From contig JAFQXA010000019.1 in the NCBI GenBank assembly GCA_017407205.1, positions 41,210 to 105,209 of the forward strand: 64,000 nt of DNA, read 5' to 3'. The translations under genes and the position numbers were made by a program. The stretch's first letter is position 1; each line of letters opens with the position of its first letter. Positions 1 through 10,903 of this stretch are shown piece by piece. The notes beneath the pieces were generated by a model that had not been told where the DNA came from, did no database searches, and saw only the letters and a list, made by a program, of their open reading frames with translations. The DNA comes from Clostridia bacterium. GTDB taxonomy: Bacteria; Bacillota; Clostridia; Christensenellales; CAG-138.

Positions 1-2210
1 TCGGCTGTCATTTCGCTGCCCCAGAAACGCTCACGGCAACGTCTTACATACCAGTTTGAAAGGTCGTCCGTGAAACGCTGAAGCTCACGGCCTGCTTCTG
101 TTATCTTGAGAGCGTCGAGATTGTTGTCAACGCTTGCAACAAGACTGTAAAGGCGTGAAAGCAACCACTTATCCATGATTGTGAGATTTTCTTTTTTAAG
201 CTCATGCTTTGTGGGGTCAAAGCCGTCTATCTCCGCATAGAGGATATAGAAAGCATATGTGTTCCAAAGCGTTCCCATGAACTTACGCTGTGATTCGCTT
301 ACAGCATCAGCCGAGAAACGGCTGGGGAGCCAGGGCATTGAGCCTGTGTAGAAGTACCAGCGAACAGCGTCAGCACCCTGCTTGTCAAGTACAGTCCACG
401 GGTCAACAACATTACCCTTGTGCTTACTCATCTTCAAACCGTCCTTATCCTGAACAAGACCTAAAACTATGCAGTTTAAGAATGCCGGGTCGTCAAAGAG
501 ACAGGTTGATATTGCAAGGAGTGTGTAGAACCAACCGCGAGTCTGGTCAACAGCTTCGCTTATGTAGTTGGCGGGATAACGACGCTCAAAAGCTTCTTTA
601 TTTTCAAATGGATAGTGCCACTGTGCAAAGGGCATTGAACCGCTGTCAAACCAACAGTCAATAACTGCCTTTTCACGCTTCATCGTGCCGCCGCACTTTT
701 CGCACTTAAATGTTATGGGGTCAAGGAACGGCTTGTGAAGCTCAATATCCTTGGGTGTGTCGGGAGCGAGTGTGCAAAGCTCTTCACGGCTTCCTACAAC
801 ATGGATTTCACCGCAGTCTGCACATACCCAGATGGGCAGGGGAGTGCCCCAGTAGCGTTCACGTGAAAGTCCCCAGTCTATAACATTGTCAAGGAAGTTG
901 CCCATACGGCCTTCCTTGATGGATTCGGGAATCCAGTTCACGCGACGGTTGTATTCCATGAGCTTTTCACGGACAGCCGTCATCTTTATGAACCAGCTTT
1001 CGCGAGCGTAATAGATAAGCGGAGTATCACAACGCCAGCAGAAAGGATAGTTATGCTCAAAGGGAAGTGCTGCAAAAAGCTTGCCTGTTTCTTCAAGCTC
1101 TTTCAAAATGGGCTTGTCGGCATCCTTTACAAACATGCCGTCCCAGGGAGTTCCGCCACAGAGATTACCTGCTGCGTCAACGAGCTGAACGAAAGGCAAG
1201 TCGAAATTGCGGCCGACTCTTGCATCGTCCTCACCAAAAGCAGGTGCAATGTGAACGATGCCCGTACCGTCACTTGTTGAAACATAATCGTCTGCAACTA
1301 TGCGATGTCCGTCCTTTTTACCGCAAGCTGTTTTCGTACATTCAAACAAGGGAATATAGCGACGGCCAACGAGCTCGCTGCCTGAGAATTCGTTAACTAT
1401 CGTGATATCTTCTTCGCCGAGAACCGAAGCGATAAGCTCTTTTGCAAGTATTAAAACTTCACCGTTGTGTTTTACACGGCAGTATGTTACATTTTCGTTT
1501 ACGCAAAGACCTACGTTGCTCGGCAATGTCCAGGGAGTTGTTGTCCATGCAAGGTAGCTCGCGTCTTCATCTGCGCACTTGAAACGAACTGTTGCAGATG
1601 TTTCCTTAACATCTTTATAGCCCTGTGCTACTTCGTGTGATGAAAGTGCAGTTCCGCAACGGGGGCAATAGGGAACGATCTTATGTCCCTTATAAAGCAA
1701 GCCCTTGTCATAGATGGTTTTCAATGCCCACCATTCGGACTCAATATAATTGTCGTGATATGTTACATACGGATCGTCCATATCTGCCCAATAGCCTACG
1801 CGGTCACTCATCTGTTCCCACTCAGCCTTGTATTTCCATACGGACTTTTTACATTCGTCGATAAAAGGCATTACGCCGTATTCTTCGATCTGCTCTTTAC
1901 CGTCCAAGCCCAAAAGCTTTTCAACTTCAAGCTCAACGGGCAAGCCGTGAGTATCCCAGCCTGCCTTACGCAAAACATCGTAACCCTTCATTGTGCGATA
2001 ACGGGGAATAATGTCCTTCATTGCACGGGTTAATATATGACCAATATGCGGTTTTCCGTTAGCTGTCGGAGGACCGTCATAAAAAGTATACGGTTCTTTA
2101 CCGCGACTTTTTTCTACGCTTTTTTCGAAAATTTTGTTTTCTTTCCAAAATTCAAGAGTTTCTTTTTCGCGCTCTACAAAATCGAGCGATGTTGATACTT
2201 TTTTATACAT
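1..2210 (-). CDS. ileS: isoleucyl-tRNA synthetase (type 2 / eukaryote-like), C-terminal part cut by window edge
   Basis: Hand translation of the reverse strand from ATG (2210-2208) gives [72 protein letters not shown]. This shows the class I HIGH motif and an IleRS-type N-terminus. The frame stays open to position 1, so it is absent from the ORF track. Confidence 0.85.
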   Translation of the reverse strand, partial: MYKKVSTSLDFVEREKETLEFWKENKIFEKSVEKSRGKEPYTFYDGPPTANGKPHIGHILTRAMKDIIPRYRTMKGYDVLRKAGWDTHGLPVELEVEKLLGLDGKEQIEEYGVMPFIDECKKSVWKYKAEWEQMSDRVGYWADMDDPYVTYHDNYIESEWWALKTIYDKGLLYKGHKIVPYCPRCGTALSSHEVAQGYKDVKETSATVRFKCADEDASYLAWTTTPWTLPSNVGLCVNENVTYCRVKHNGEVLILAKELIASVLGEEDITIVNEFSGSELVGRRYIPLFECTKTACGKKDGHRIVADDYVSTSDGTGIVHIAPAFGEDDARVGRNFDLPFVQLVDAAGNLCGGTPWDGMFVKDADKPILKELEETGKLFAALPFEHNYPFCWRCDTPLIYYARESWFIKMTAVREKLMEYNRRVNWIPESIKEGRMGNFLDNVIDWGLSRERYWGTPLPIWVCADCGEIHVVGSREELCTLAPDTPKDIELHKPFLDPITFKCEKCGGTMKREKAVIDCWFDSGSMPFAQWHYPFENKEAFERRYPANYISEAVDQTRGWFYTLLAISTCLFDDPAFLNCIVLGLVQDKDGLKMSKHKGNVVDPWTVLDKQGADAVRWYFYTGSMPWLPSRFSADAVSESQRKFMGTLWNTYAFYILYAEIDGFDPTKHELKKENLTIMDKWLLSRLYSLVASVDNNLDALKITEAGRELQRFTDDLSNWYVRRCRERFWGSEMTA

Positions 2211-2240
2211 TGCGATATACTCCTTTTCCTACAAGTGTAT

Positions 2241-2269
2241 ATTATATAGTAGACTTTAAACTTTGTAAA
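2241..2269 (-). promoter_or_regulatory. sigma-A type promoter for ileS (TTTACA-17 nt-TATAAT on minus strand)
   Basis: The reverse complement of 2264-2269 is TTTACA and of 2241-2246 is TATAAT. The spacer is exactly 17 nt and the promoter lies about 30 nt upstream of the ileS RBS. Confidence 0.55.
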
Positions 2270-2291
2270 CATTTCAATCGCTATAATTTTA

Positions 2292-2320
2292 TTGACATTG
2301 CCCTGTTTTTGAAATAGAAT
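2292..2320 (+). promoter_or_regulatory. sigma-A type promoter (TTGACA-17 nt-TAGAAT) driving the cobalamin riboswitch operon
   Basis: TTGACA at 2292-2297, TAGAAT at 2315-2320, 17-nt spacer. It is divergent from the ileS promoter. Confidence 0.65.
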
Positions 2321-2329
2321 AGCCACAAC

Positions 2330-2490
2330 TAAATATATTGCGTACGATTATGCAGGAAGTCGGTGAAATGCCGACACAGGCTTGCCCCTACTGTATGCGG
2401 GGACTTATCAGGCGTGTACCATTGCTTAAAAAGCGAGAAGGTGCTTGAAAAAAAGGTTGATCCGCGAGTCAGGATATTGCATTTTTGTGC
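2330..2490 (+). promoter_or_regulatory. cobalamin (B12) riboswitch aptamer
   Basis: Three conserved core elements are present: GGAAGTCGGTGAAATGCCGACACAGGCTTGCCCCTACTGTA, a GTACCATTGC..GAGAAGGTG segment, and a B12-box-like GAGTCAGGATATTGC at about 2467-2480. Confidence 0.8.
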
Positions 2491-2545
2491 ATTTTACGTG
2501 CTTTTCGGGTAGGGAAAAATCGTATGACTTTTTACAGGATTTTAT

Positions 2546-2580
2546 CCGTACCCTCAAAAGCAGGGCGCGGATTTTTTGTC
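2546..2580 (+). terminator. intrinsic terminator / expression platform of the cobalamin riboswitch
   Basis: CCGTACCCT (2546-2554) pairs with AGGGCGCGG (2562-2570) with one mismatch and one G-U pair. It is followed by ATTTTTTGTCTTTTT. Confidence 0.6.
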
Positions 2581-2611
2581 TTTTTAATAAAAACAAAGGA
2601 GGAATTTTATC

Positions 2612-4204
2612 GTGAGATTTAAGAAAACTGCGGCGGTGCTTTTGCTTGCCTTATTGCTTTTATCGTGCAATACAGCATTTGCACTCAACATCAAGGCAGA
2701 CAGCAATGCAAAAATAAGCCTCTTTTCACAACTCAACAATTATCATACGGTAGAGGTTGAGCCTGTTTCGTCAAGGGCTGAGGGCGAAAGCACGGTATAT
2801 GCTTACGATGTTTCGAATCTTGCAGGAGTAACATACCGCGTGTCAAAAGACGGTTTTATAACGCAAGCAGGGTATATTGACGCTGAAAATCCCATTGATA
2901 TTGAAGTTGTTTTTGATAAACAAGAAAATGCACAGAGCTGTGAAAACAATGTTGAAGTAATAAATAAAAGACTTGAAAACAGCGTGCTTTTAGGTGTAAA
3001 CAGTAAAAACTTCGTACACCTTCAGGTGGGTGAGGATTATTCATATGCTGCGTATCGAGCTGCATGGCAGATAGTAAACCGAGATACGGGAAACATTGTG
3101 ATAGAGCCTGACTTTAAACACCGCACCGTGTATGGTGAGGGTTGTGTTTTTGTAAAAGACTTGGGAAGCGTTGGCAATGCACGGGATAACCGCGTAACAA
3201 TAACAGGTCAAAAAGAGGGCTTGGCGATAATCGAAACGGTGTATGAAGCCCTTGATATTTCCGGTGACAGCCGATATACGGGGCGATACGGAGCGAGCGA
3301 TGAAAACCGAAGCGGAATTTTAGTCGTAAAGGTGGGGGGCGAAAGCGTTTCACTTGATTGGGGCGTAAAATGGGACAGCGAACGCGATACGCTTTATTTT
3401 GTGGGTGAGGGAGGAAGCCTGAAAATAAAACCCTCTGTTTCAGATGATGAGGTGGACAGCATATCCGTTTTGAATATAGCAAGCGGCAAAGAATTTGAAA
3501 GCGTTTTAAAAGACGGTGAAGCATACAGCGTGCCGATAGGAAACGGAAACAATGTCATAAGAGTGAATTTAAAAAGCGGCAGGGAGGATTATCTTGTTGT
3601 ACGCGGAAAAAGGGTGACGGTAAGCATTGAAAATACCGCAGGGAGAAAAAATGTAAAGGCAGGGGATACTGTCAATATCCACATAGACGGATTATATATG
3701 CCGATACCCAAGATGAGTGCCGTGTATAACCCTTACAGAAATAAAATTGTCTATACCGATACGAGCTTGACGGAGCATATGAGTAAAGCACATCAGTATG
3801 ATTTGTCAGCTTCAAACAGCTTGAGTGTTGCTGTGCCGAGCGATTTTGAGGGGGATGTGTATACATTAAGCAACGGTCGCATTTATACCGAGATGTATTG
3901 TGCGCAGGATATAACGCACAGGGATATAACGGACAGCGGTGTTGATACAAACGTGAAAGCTGTGCTCATAAAGGAATTTTATTCGGTTTTGCCGGATATA
4001 GAAATCAAGCTTTCGCAGGATGATGCTCTTTCGGGCGATGTAAATCTTGACGGCAAGGTAAATTCGCGTGATATTGCCGTTTTGCAAAGACAGGTCATGG
4101 GAAGCGAAGAAAAGAACGAAAGTGGCGATGTGAACCTTGACGGCAAGGTGAATTCAAGGGATATAGCATTTCTGCAAAAACAGATTTTAGGAAATGAGGT
4201 ATGA
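2612..4204 (+). CDS. secreted/surface protein of unknown function with C-terminal type I dockerin
   Basis: GTG start 9 nt after AAGGAGG. Signal peptide MRFKKTAAVLLLALLLLSC. The C-terminus has duplicated GDVNLDGKVNSRDIA(V/F)LQ(R/K)Q calcium-binding dockerin repeats. Confidence 0.8.
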   Translation: MRFKKTAAVLLLALLLLSCNTAFALNIKADSNAKISLFSQLNNYHTVEVEPVSSRAEGESTVYAYDVSNLAGVTYRVSKDGFITQAGYIDAENPIDIEVVFDKQENAQSCENNVEVINKRLENSVLLGVNSKNFVHLQVGEDYSYAAYRAAWQIVNRDTGNIVIEPDFKHRTVYGEGCVFVKDLGSVGNARDNRVTITGQKEGLAIIETVYEALDISGDSRYTGRYGASDENRSGILVVKVGGESVSLDWGVKWDSERDTLYFVGEGGSLKIKPSVSDDEVDSISVLNIASGKEFESVLKDGEAYSVPIGNGNNVIRVNLKSGREDYLVVRGKRVTVSIENTAGRKNVKAGDTVNIHIDGLYMPIPKMSAVYNPYRNKIVYTDTSLTEHMSKAHQYDLSASNSLSVAVPSDFEGDVYTLSNGRIYTEMYCAQDITHRDITDSGVDTNVKAVLIKEFYSVLPDIEIKLSQDDALSGDVNLDGKVNSRDIAVLQRQVMGSEEKNESGDVNLDGKVNSRDIAFLQKQILGNEV

Positions 4205-4208
4205 GAAA

Positions 4209-4850
4209 ATGAAAAGATGGACTGTTTTTATTTTAATATTTGCGATGATGTTTCAAATGGTGGGCTGCAAAGACGCTGAAACGGATATTGAGGCATTAAG
4301 CACTCCCGAAGCGACTTTACAAAACACACCCATTGCAACAGCGGAAGCTCAGGAGAGTTTGAACCCGTCCATATGCCCTGTGCAGACGGAAAAAGTAACG
4401 GCAAAACCGGAAGAAACCGACAACAAAAAGACAGAGCCTCCAAAGACGGCAGAGCCGAAGAACATATGTTCACTGAAAGTCGATTGCTCCGTTATTTTTG
4501 ACAATATGGACGAATTTGATGAGAAAAAGCTCATTTTACTGCCCGATGACGGAATAATATATTCAAGCTCAGAAGCAGAGTTTAAAGAAGGCGAAACGGT
4601 TTTTGATGTTTTGCTCAGAGAGCTTAAAAACAATAAAATACATTTTGATTATACGTCCTCAGCCATGGGAAACAATGTGTATATCGTAGGTATAAACAAT
4701 ATTTACGAGCTTGACTGCGGCGGTATGTCGGGCTGGGTCTACTCCGTAAACGATGAATATCCCGATTGCCCTTGCAGTCAGTATGTACTCTCAAAAGGCG
4801 ATAGAATAGAAGTCGTCTATACTTGTGATATGGGGGAGAACATGGGATAA
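4209..4850 (+). CDS. DUF4430 (transcobalamin beta-domain-like) lipoprotein, putative cobalamin-binding
   Basis: The track ORF is 4194..4850; the start at MKRWTVFILIFAMMFQMVGC (lipobox) is preferred. The C-terminal GETVFDVL..MSGWVYSVNDEYP..YVLSKGDRIEVVYTCD matches the DUF4430 pattern. It is co-transcribed behind the B12 riboswitch. Confidence 0.7.
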   Translation: MKRWTVFILIFAMMFQMVGCKDAETDIEALSTPEATLQNTPIATAEAQESLNPSICPVQTEKVTAKPEETDNKKTEPPKTAEPKNICSLKVDCSVIFDNMDEFDEKKLILLPDDGIIYSSSEAEFKEGETVFDVLLRELKNNKIHFDYTSSAMGNNVYIVGINNIYELDCGGMSGWVYSVNDEYPDCPCSQYVLSKGDRIEVVYTCDMGENMG

Positions 4851-5012
4851 AGTTCAGAAAAAGGGAAGAACAGCAAATAAATGTGTCAAAATCTGAATTT
4901 CAACAAAAAACATTAAATCTTTTCACGCGCTTGTCACAATATAATATTTGAACAGTTTGGAAAACTGTGTTATTATGGGAGCAGTGTTCTTAGAAATTTA
5001 AGGAGGCACATT

Positions 5013-7046
5013 TTGAAAAAATTAAAAACACCGTTAATTTACGCAGGAATAATATTGGTGATAGTTCTTTTGGTATCAAACCTTAATTTGGCAGGTTCAA
5101 ACCCTAAAGAGCCTACCGAGTATACCGATTTTCTTGAAATGGTACAGAAGGGTGAGGTAACCGTTCTTGAACTTACCGGCAATACACTTGTCGGTTTAAA
5201 GGGTGAAAAAACAGAAGCTCAGCTTAAAAAGTTCCCCAAGCTCTATGACTTCTTTGTATATGTTCCGTCGGAAGAGCGTTTTGCTACGGATATGGCTGTA
5301 ATTGCAGCGGAGCTTACAGGTAAGGATGTTGAGCATATCACAAGCTCGGATTATGCTTTCACTTATACATACAATCCGCCTCCCGAGGCTTCAATCTGGG
5401 AAATCATACTTCCGTATATCATAATATTCGGTGCATTTGGTGTATTCTATTTCTTCCTCATGCGTTCCCAGGGTGGCGGAAATAAGATGATGAACTTCGG
5501 CAAGAGCCGTGCCCGCACGCATATTGACCCGAAGAATAAAGTGACGTTTGACCAGGTAGCAGGTGCCGACGAGGAAAAAGAAGAGCTTAAAGAAGTTGTT
5601 GAATTCATGCGTTCACCCAAACGCTTTACAGACATGGGTGCAAGAATTCCCAAGGGCGTTTTGCTCGTAGGCCCTCCGGGCACAGGTAAAACATTGCTTG
5701 CAAAGGCTGTTGCAGGCGAAGCAAATGTTCCATTCTTCTCAATCTCAGGTTCTGACTTTGTTGAAATGTTCGTAGGTGTCGGTGCAAGCCGTGTAAGAGA
5801 CTTGTTCGGCACAGCCAAAAAGTGTGCTCCTGCCGTTGTATTTATTGACGAAATAGACGCTGTAGGTCGTCAGAGAGGTGCAGGCTTAGGTGGCGGTCAC
5901 GACGAGCGTGAGCAGACCTTGAATCAGCTCTTGGTTGAGATGGACGGCTTTGCAATAAACGAGGGAATAATCGTTATTGCAGCTACAAACCGCCCCGATA
6001 TATTGGACCCTGCGCTTTTGCGTCCCGGCAGATTTGACAGGCAGATAACGGTTTCATATCCTGATGTAAAGGGCAGAGAAGAAATTTTGAAGGTGCACGC
6101 AAAGGGCAAGCCGTTTGCAGATGATGTGGATTTATCGGTTCTTGCAAAGCGTACTTCGGGCTTCACGGGTGCAGACCTTGAGAATGTTCTCAACGAGGCT
6201 GCGATTTTGGCTGCAAGATTCAAGAAAAAGAAAATATCTATGGTAGAGCTTGAAGAAGCAGTAACGCGTACAGTAATAGGTCCTGAAAAGCACAGCCGTG
6301 TAGTAACGGAAGACGATAAGCGTATCACGGCTTACCACGAAGCAGGTCACGCAATAGTTGCACGCATGATGAAGCATTGCGATCCCGTTCACGAGGTTTC
6401 AATAATTCCGCGTGGCAATGCAGCAGGCTATACAATGACAATGAGCGATGACGATATGCGCCATATGTCAAGGGGCAAGCTCCTTGATATGATAGCAATG
6501 AGCATGGGCGGCAGAGTCGCAGAAGAAATAAAGCTTGACGATATCTGCACAGGCGCTATAGGCGATTTGAAGCACGCAACCGAGGTTGCACGCAGAATGG
6601 TTGTTGAGTTTGGCATGAGTGACGATATAGGTCATGTATTCTTAGGCGGAGATGCTGAAGTTTTCATCGGCAAGGATTGGGGACATCAGCGTAATTACTC
6701 GGAAGAAGTTGCTGCAAAGGTCGATTCTGAAATCAGAAGAATACTTGAAGAACAGCATGACAGAGCAAAGAAAGTCTTGCTTGAAAATGATGAAGCACTT
6801 GAACGTGTCGTAAAAGCACTTTTAGAGTACGAACGCATAACAGGCGAAGAATTTGAAAAGCTGTTTAGCGGTGAAGAAGTAGAGATAACTTCCTACGCGA
6901 AGAAGAAAGAACAGCTTCAGACGGCTGACCCTGAAGTTTTGAAGCAGGAAGAAGAGGAAGCCAGGAAAAAGGCTGACGAAGTAGAACGCATACTTCGTGA
7001 GGCTGAACAAATCATAGGCGAGGAAAAGAAAGACGGAGAAAAATAA
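5013..7046 (+). CDS. ftsH: ATP-dependent zinc metalloprotease FtsH
   Basis: N-terminal TM segments, Walker [12 protein letters not shown] second region of homology, and HEAGHA zinc site. TTG start after GGAGG. Confidence 0.95.
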   Translation: MKKLKTPLIYAGIILVIVLLVSNLNLAGSNPKEPTEYTDFLEMVQKGEVTVLELTGNTLVGLKGEKTEAQLKKFPKLYDFFVYVPSEERFATDMAVIAAELTGKDVEHITSSDYAFTYTYNPPPEASIWEIILPYIIIFGAFGVFYFFLMRSQGGGNKMMNFGKSRARTHIDPKNKVTFDQVAGADEEKEELKEVVEFMRSPKRFTDMGARIPKGVLLVGPPGTGKTLLAKAVAGEANVPFFSISGSDFVEMFVGVGASRVRDLFGTAKKCAPAVVFIDEIDAVGRQRGAGLGGGHDEREQTLNQLLVEMDGFAINEGIIVIAATNRPDILDPALLRPGRFDRQITVSYPDVKGREEILKVHAKGKPFADDVDLSVLAKRTSGFTGADLENVLNEAAILAARFKKKKISMVELEEAVTRTVIGPEKHSRVVTEDDKRITAYHEAGHAIVARMMKHCDPVHEVSIIPRGNAAGYTMTMSDDDMRHMSRGKLLDMIAMSMGGRVAEEIKLDDICTGAIGDLKHATEVARRMVVEFGMSDDIGHVFLGGDAEVFIGKDWGHQRNYSEEVAAKVDSEIRRILEEQHDRAKKVLLENDEALERVVKALLEYERITGEEFEKLFSGEEVEITSYAKKKEQLQTADPEVLKQEEEEARKKADEVERILREAEQIIGEEKKDGEK

Positions 7047-7939
7047 TGAGATTTTCCGAAGGAATTTCCAATATAAAAGATTCGGTAAGGGGCGATAATC
7101 GCCCCTTTGATTTTCATATTCATTCAAACATGTCGGATGGTACATACTCCCCAAGAGAGATTGTTTCACTTGCAAAAGCGGGCGGTGTATTTACGATTGC
7201 AGTTACCGACCATGATAATGTTTCGGGAGTAAGAGAAGCTCAAACAGCAGGTGAAGAAGAGGGCGTTCATGTTATAAGCGGAGTCGAAATAGATACCGAG
7301 TTTGAGTGCGAGCTTCATATTATCGGGCTTTGCATGAATATAAACAATCCGAATTTTGTACGCCTGCTTGAAGATGCCAAAGTGCACAGACAAGAGAGAA
7401 ACAAACTTATTATCGAGCGCCTTGAAAATATAGGTATTCCCGTATCTGAAAAAATAGAAAGCCAAAAAGATGCAACCGTGACAAGACTCAATATCGCAAA
7501 AGCAATAGTTGATTGCTCCTTCGCACAAAGCTTTTATGAAGCGTTTGAAAAGTATCTCAATAAAGGCAGAGCAGGCTATGTTTTTGTTGAGAGGACGGAC
7601 AAGATAAAAGCCGTAAAAACAATAAAAGAGGCAGGCGGAATAGCGGTTCTGGCGCACCCCTGCAAACTGCAATGCGATAAAAACAAGCTTGTGCATGACT
7701 TAAAAGAAGCAGGGCTTGATGCACTCGAAATTTATTATCCCAAGACAACTGAGGGGCAGTTAGGTGAGCTTATGTCGCTTGCAAACAGGTATGATCTTGA
7801 TGTAAGCAGTGGCAGTGATTTTCACGGCAAGAACCGAAAAAATACGGATTTGGGCTGTGCATATCAAAATGTTCATTGCCTGAACGCTTTTTTTGAAAAA
7901 GTAATGCTTAAAGAAGCAGAAAACAAGCGCTTAAGCTGA
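7046..7939 (+). CDS. PHP-domain phosphoesterase (TrpH/YciV-like)
   Basis: FDFHIHSNMSDG, AVTDHD, AHP and GSDFHG metal-binding motifs typical of the PHP family. Confidence 0.65.
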   Translation: MRFSEGISNIKDSVRGDNRPFDFHIHSNMSDGTYSPREIVSLAKAGGVFTIAVTDHDNVSGVREAQTAGEEEGVHVISGVEIDTEFECELHIIGLCMNINNPNFVRLLEDAKVHRQERNKLIIERLENIGIPVSEKIESQKDATVTRLNIAKAIVDCSFAQSFYEAFEKYLNKGRAGYVFVERTDKIKAVKTIKEAGGIAVLAHPCKLQCDKNKLVHDLKEAGLDALEIYYPKTTEGQLGELMSLANRYDLDVSSGSDFHGKNRKNTDLGCAYQNVHCLNAFFEKVMLKEAENKRLS

Positions 7940-7979
7940 CTTGTAAAACATGGGTGATTTGCTGTATAATAAACAGGTT

Positions 7980-8816
7980 ATGGCAAGAATAGAGATAAAA
8001 AACTTAACATACTTTTACGCAGACGGTGAAACGCCTGTTTTAGACGATGTTTCGCTTAATGTAAATGAGGGCGAAATACTTGCAATAGTCGGGCATAACG
8101 GAAGCGGAAAGTCAACACTTGCAAAGCATATGAATGCTTTGCTCCTGCCGTATTCGGGAACTGTGAAGATTGACGGAATGGACACCTTGAACGAAGAGAA
8201 TACATTGAGTATCCGCCAAAAGGTAGGCATGGTATTTCAAAATCCCGATAACCAGATTGTCACAACGGTAGTCGAGGAAGATGTAGGCTTCGGTCCTGAA
8301 AATCTCGGCATTCCGACCGATGAAATATTGAGTCGTGTTTCGTCTTCTCTTGAGGCTGTGCGCATGAGCGAGTTTGCAAAAAATGCACCGCATATGCTGT
8401 CGGGCGGACAGAAGCAGAGAGTTGCAATAGCAGGTATCCTGGCAATGATGCCCGAGGTTCTGATATTGGATGAGGCTACCGCAATGCTTGATCCAAAAGG
8501 CAGGCAGGACGTTTTAAACATAGCGAAAAAACTTAATACAGAATCGAATATGACGGTTGTCATGATAACGCAGTACATGGAGGAAGCGGTTATTGCAGAC
8601 CGTGTAATAGTTATGCACGAGGGCAAAATTGTAAAGACAGGAACTCCCAAGACAGTGTTTGCGTATGACAGCGATATAGAAAAGTACTCGTTGGAGCTTC
8701 CGCACATGGCAAGGCTTCGTGACGGGCTTATAGAAAAAGGCATCGAGATTCCCCACGATGCACTCTTGATTGAGGAGCTTGAGAAAGCACTATGTCCATT
8801 GTTGCAGAAAAACTGA
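7980..8816 (+). CDS. ecfA1: ECF transporter energizing ATPase EcfA1
   Basis: Walker A GHNGSGKST, signature LSGGQKQR, Walker B ILDEAT. The track ORF starts at 7950, but MARIEIKNLTYFY is the usual EcfA N-terminus. Confidence 0.85.
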   Translation: MARIEIKNLTYFYADGETPVLDDVSLNVNEGEILAIVGHNGSGKSTLAKHMNALLLPYSGTVKIDGMDTLNEENTLSIRQKVGMVFQNPDNQIVTTVVEEDVGFGPENLGIPTDEILSRVSSSLEAVRMSEFAKNAPHMLSGGQKQRVAIAGILAMMPEVLILDEATAMLDPKGRQDVLNIAKKLNTESNMTVVMITQYMEEAVIADRVIVMHEGKIVKTGTPKTVFAYDSDIEKYSLELPHMARLRDGLIEKGIEIPHDALLIEELEKALCPLLQKN

Positions 8817-9649
8817 CACATATATACCTTGAAGGAAGTCCGAACGAGAGTGTGGCAATAGACAGCATCGACCTTAAAATCGAAGCCGGAGAGTTTTGGG
8901 GAATAATCGGCCACACAGGAAGCGGAAAGTCAACACTTGTCCAGCACCTGAACGCACTTATGCAGCCCACATCCGGCAGGATTTGCGTTGACGGTGATGA
9001 CCTCAAGGATAAGAAAAACAGGCGTGAGGCACGAAAAAAAGTAGGCCTTGTGTTTCAGTATCCCGAATATCAGCTTTTTGAAGAAACCGTATTAAAGGAT
9101 ATAGCATACGGCCCCATGAATATGGGGGAAAGTACAGAAAAAGCATATGAAATTGCACGTGAGGCAATGGTGAGCGTGGGGCTTTCCCCCGATGAAATCG
9201 AGGGAAGATCGCCGTTTGAGTTGTCGGGCGGACAAAAACGCCGTGTGGCGATTGCAGGCATAATAGCGATAAGGCCGCGTTATCTCGTGCTTGATGAGCC
9301 CATGGCGGGTCTTGACCCCAGGGGCAGAAAAGATATTTTGAACCTTTTAAAGACATTGAGAGAAAAAACGGGCTGTGCAGTTATAATGATATCCCACTCG
9401 ATGGACGACATTGCACAGTTTGCAGACCATGTGGCAGTTCTGAATGAAGGCAAGCTTTACAAGGCAGGAAGTGTTGCAGAGGTCTTTTCGGATATGGAAG
9501 CACTGCGCAGAACAGGACTTGACATACCGCAGGCTGCAATTTTGGCAGAGAGACTCAAAAAACAGGGCATAGAAATTGACCGTTCGATATATACGGTTGA
9601 ACAAATGCTTGACTTTATAACAGAAAAGACGGGCGGTGTATCAGGATGA
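8792..9649 (+). CDS. ecfA2: ECF transporter energizing ATPase EcfA2
   Basis: Walker A GHTGSGKST, LSGGQKRR, LVLDEP. It overlaps ecfA1 and ecfT as in canonical ecfAA'T operons. Confidence 0.85.
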   Translation: MSIVAEKLTHIYLEGSPNESVAIDSIDLKIEAGEFWGIIGHTGSGKSTLVQHLNALMQPTSGRICVDGDDLKDKKNRREARKKVGLVFQYPEYQLFEETVLKDIAYGPMNMGESTEKAYEIAREAMVSVGLSPDEIEGRSPFELSGGQKRRVAIAGIIAIRPRYLVLDEPMAGLDPRGRKDILNLLKTLREKTGCAVIMISHSMDDIAQFADHVAVLNEGKLYKAGSVAEVFSDMEALRRTGLDIPQAAILAERLKKQGIEIDRSIYTVEQMLDFITEKTGGVSG

Positions 9650-10452
9650 AGGATATAACGCTCGGACAATATTATAATGTCGATTCAATAATTCATGCAC
9701 TTGATCCAAGAACAAAGCTCGTGCTTACTTTTGCGTACCTTATATTGGTCTTTCTCGTAAGTAAGCTGTGGGCTTTCGGTCTTGTCGCACTCTTTGCAAT
9801 CTCGATTATATACCTTTCAAAAGTACCCTTTAAGATGGTATTAAAAGCCTTGAAACCTATGCGTTTTTTGCTTGTGCTTATGTTCCTTTTAAACCTCTTT
9901 GCGGCAAAAAGCGGAGAAGTTCTCCTTAAGTGGTGGATATTTGAGATTACAGCAGGCGGAATAAGACAGGCAGTATTCATAGTAATAAGGCTTTTATTGC
10001 TCGTCGCAGGTACAACGCTTATGACGTTTACGACAACTCCTATATCCTTGACGGACGGGCTTGAAAAATTGCTTGCACCGCTTAAAAAAATAGGGTTCCC
10101 GTCACATGAGCTTGCAATGATGATGACGATAGCTTTAAGGTTTATTCCTACTTTACTTGAGGAAGCGGACAAGATAATGAAAGCGCAGCTCTCAAGAGGT
10201 GCGGATCTTGAAAGCGGTAATATAATAAAGCGTGCAAAGAGCATGATTCCTATATTGGTACCTCTTTTTGTGAGTGCTTTCCGCCGTGCGGACGAGCTTG
10301 CAATGGCAATGGAAAGCAGGTGCTATCACGGAGGCGAGGGAAGAACTAAAATGCGTGTTATAGCTTTCAAAAAGCGTGATGCGATTGCATTTTTGATTTT
10401 TGCCTCTGCATTTGCTTTGATTTTGGTTTTACAAAAGCTTGTAGTTTTCTAA
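9646..10452 (+). CDS. ecfT: ECF transporter transmembrane component EcfT
   Basis: Polytopic membrane protein with the ALRFIPTLLEEADKIMKAQLSRGA coupling-helix motif (Ala-Arg-Gly type). Confidence 0.85.
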   Translation: MKDITLGQYYNVDSIIHALDPRTKLVLTFAYLILVFLVSKLWAFGLVALFAISIIYLSKVPFKMVLKALKPMRFLLVLMFLLNLFAAKSGEVLLKWWIFEITAGGIRQAVFIVIRLLLLVAGTTLMTFTTTPISLTDGLEKLLAPLKKIGFPSHELAMMMTIALRFIPTLLEEADKIMKAQLSRGADLESGNIIKRAKSMIPILVPLFVSAFRRADELAMAMESRCYHGGEGRTKMRVIAFKKRDAIAFLIFASAFALILVLQKLVVF

Positions 10453-10471
10453 GACTTTTACGGAGCGTGCT

Positions 10472-10903
10472 ATGGAGCTTTCAAAGAAGATAAAAAGAAC
10501 AGTTTTGATAATAGTCGCAATACTCATTCTTGCGGCCGCTTGCCTTTACTTCATCGCGCAAAACAGCAATTCCTATAAATGGATAAGTGATGAGCTTTCA
10601 AGCTTTTCCGTGAATATCGATGAAAAAAACTTTGTTTATGAGGGCAACGCTTCAAATACGAGTATCAGTGAATTGCTTGTAACAGATGATGCTTCAAAGA
10701 TTGAGGAAGCAGTCAACGCAAGCAAAAAAAGCGGTTTTGCCTCCGATATGGATGCAATCGGAAATATTGTATTTATCACAAATCAAATTAACCAAGACGA
10801 AGTATTGAATTTATATATCTTTGAAAACGAAAGAACTCCCATGCACATTGCACTGTGCTATATACAAAACAGCATAAACGGCAAAGTGAGGGCTGTCGAA
10901 TGA
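10472..10903 (+). CDS. membrane-anchored hypothetical protein
   Basis: Single N-terminal TM helix and no recognisable motif. Its stop overlaps the truA start (ATGA at 10900-10903). Confidence 0.5.
   Translation: MELSKKIKRTVLIIVAILILAAACLYFIAQNSNSYKWISDELSSFSVNIDEKNFVYEGNASNTSISELLVTDDASKIEEAVNASKKSGFASDMDAIGNIVFITNQINQDEVLNLYIFENERTPMHIALCYIQNSINGKVRAVE

Noticed and set aside
1053-2033. Several 75-116-aa plus-strand ORFs at the left edge
   Set aside because: All lie antisense to the ileS frame, which is open on the minus strand from 2210 to position 1.
8237-8914. 225-aa minus-strand ORF spanning the ecfA1/ecfA2 junction
   Set aside because: It is antisense to two ABC ATPase genes with complete Walker and signature motifs. 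It has no independent support.
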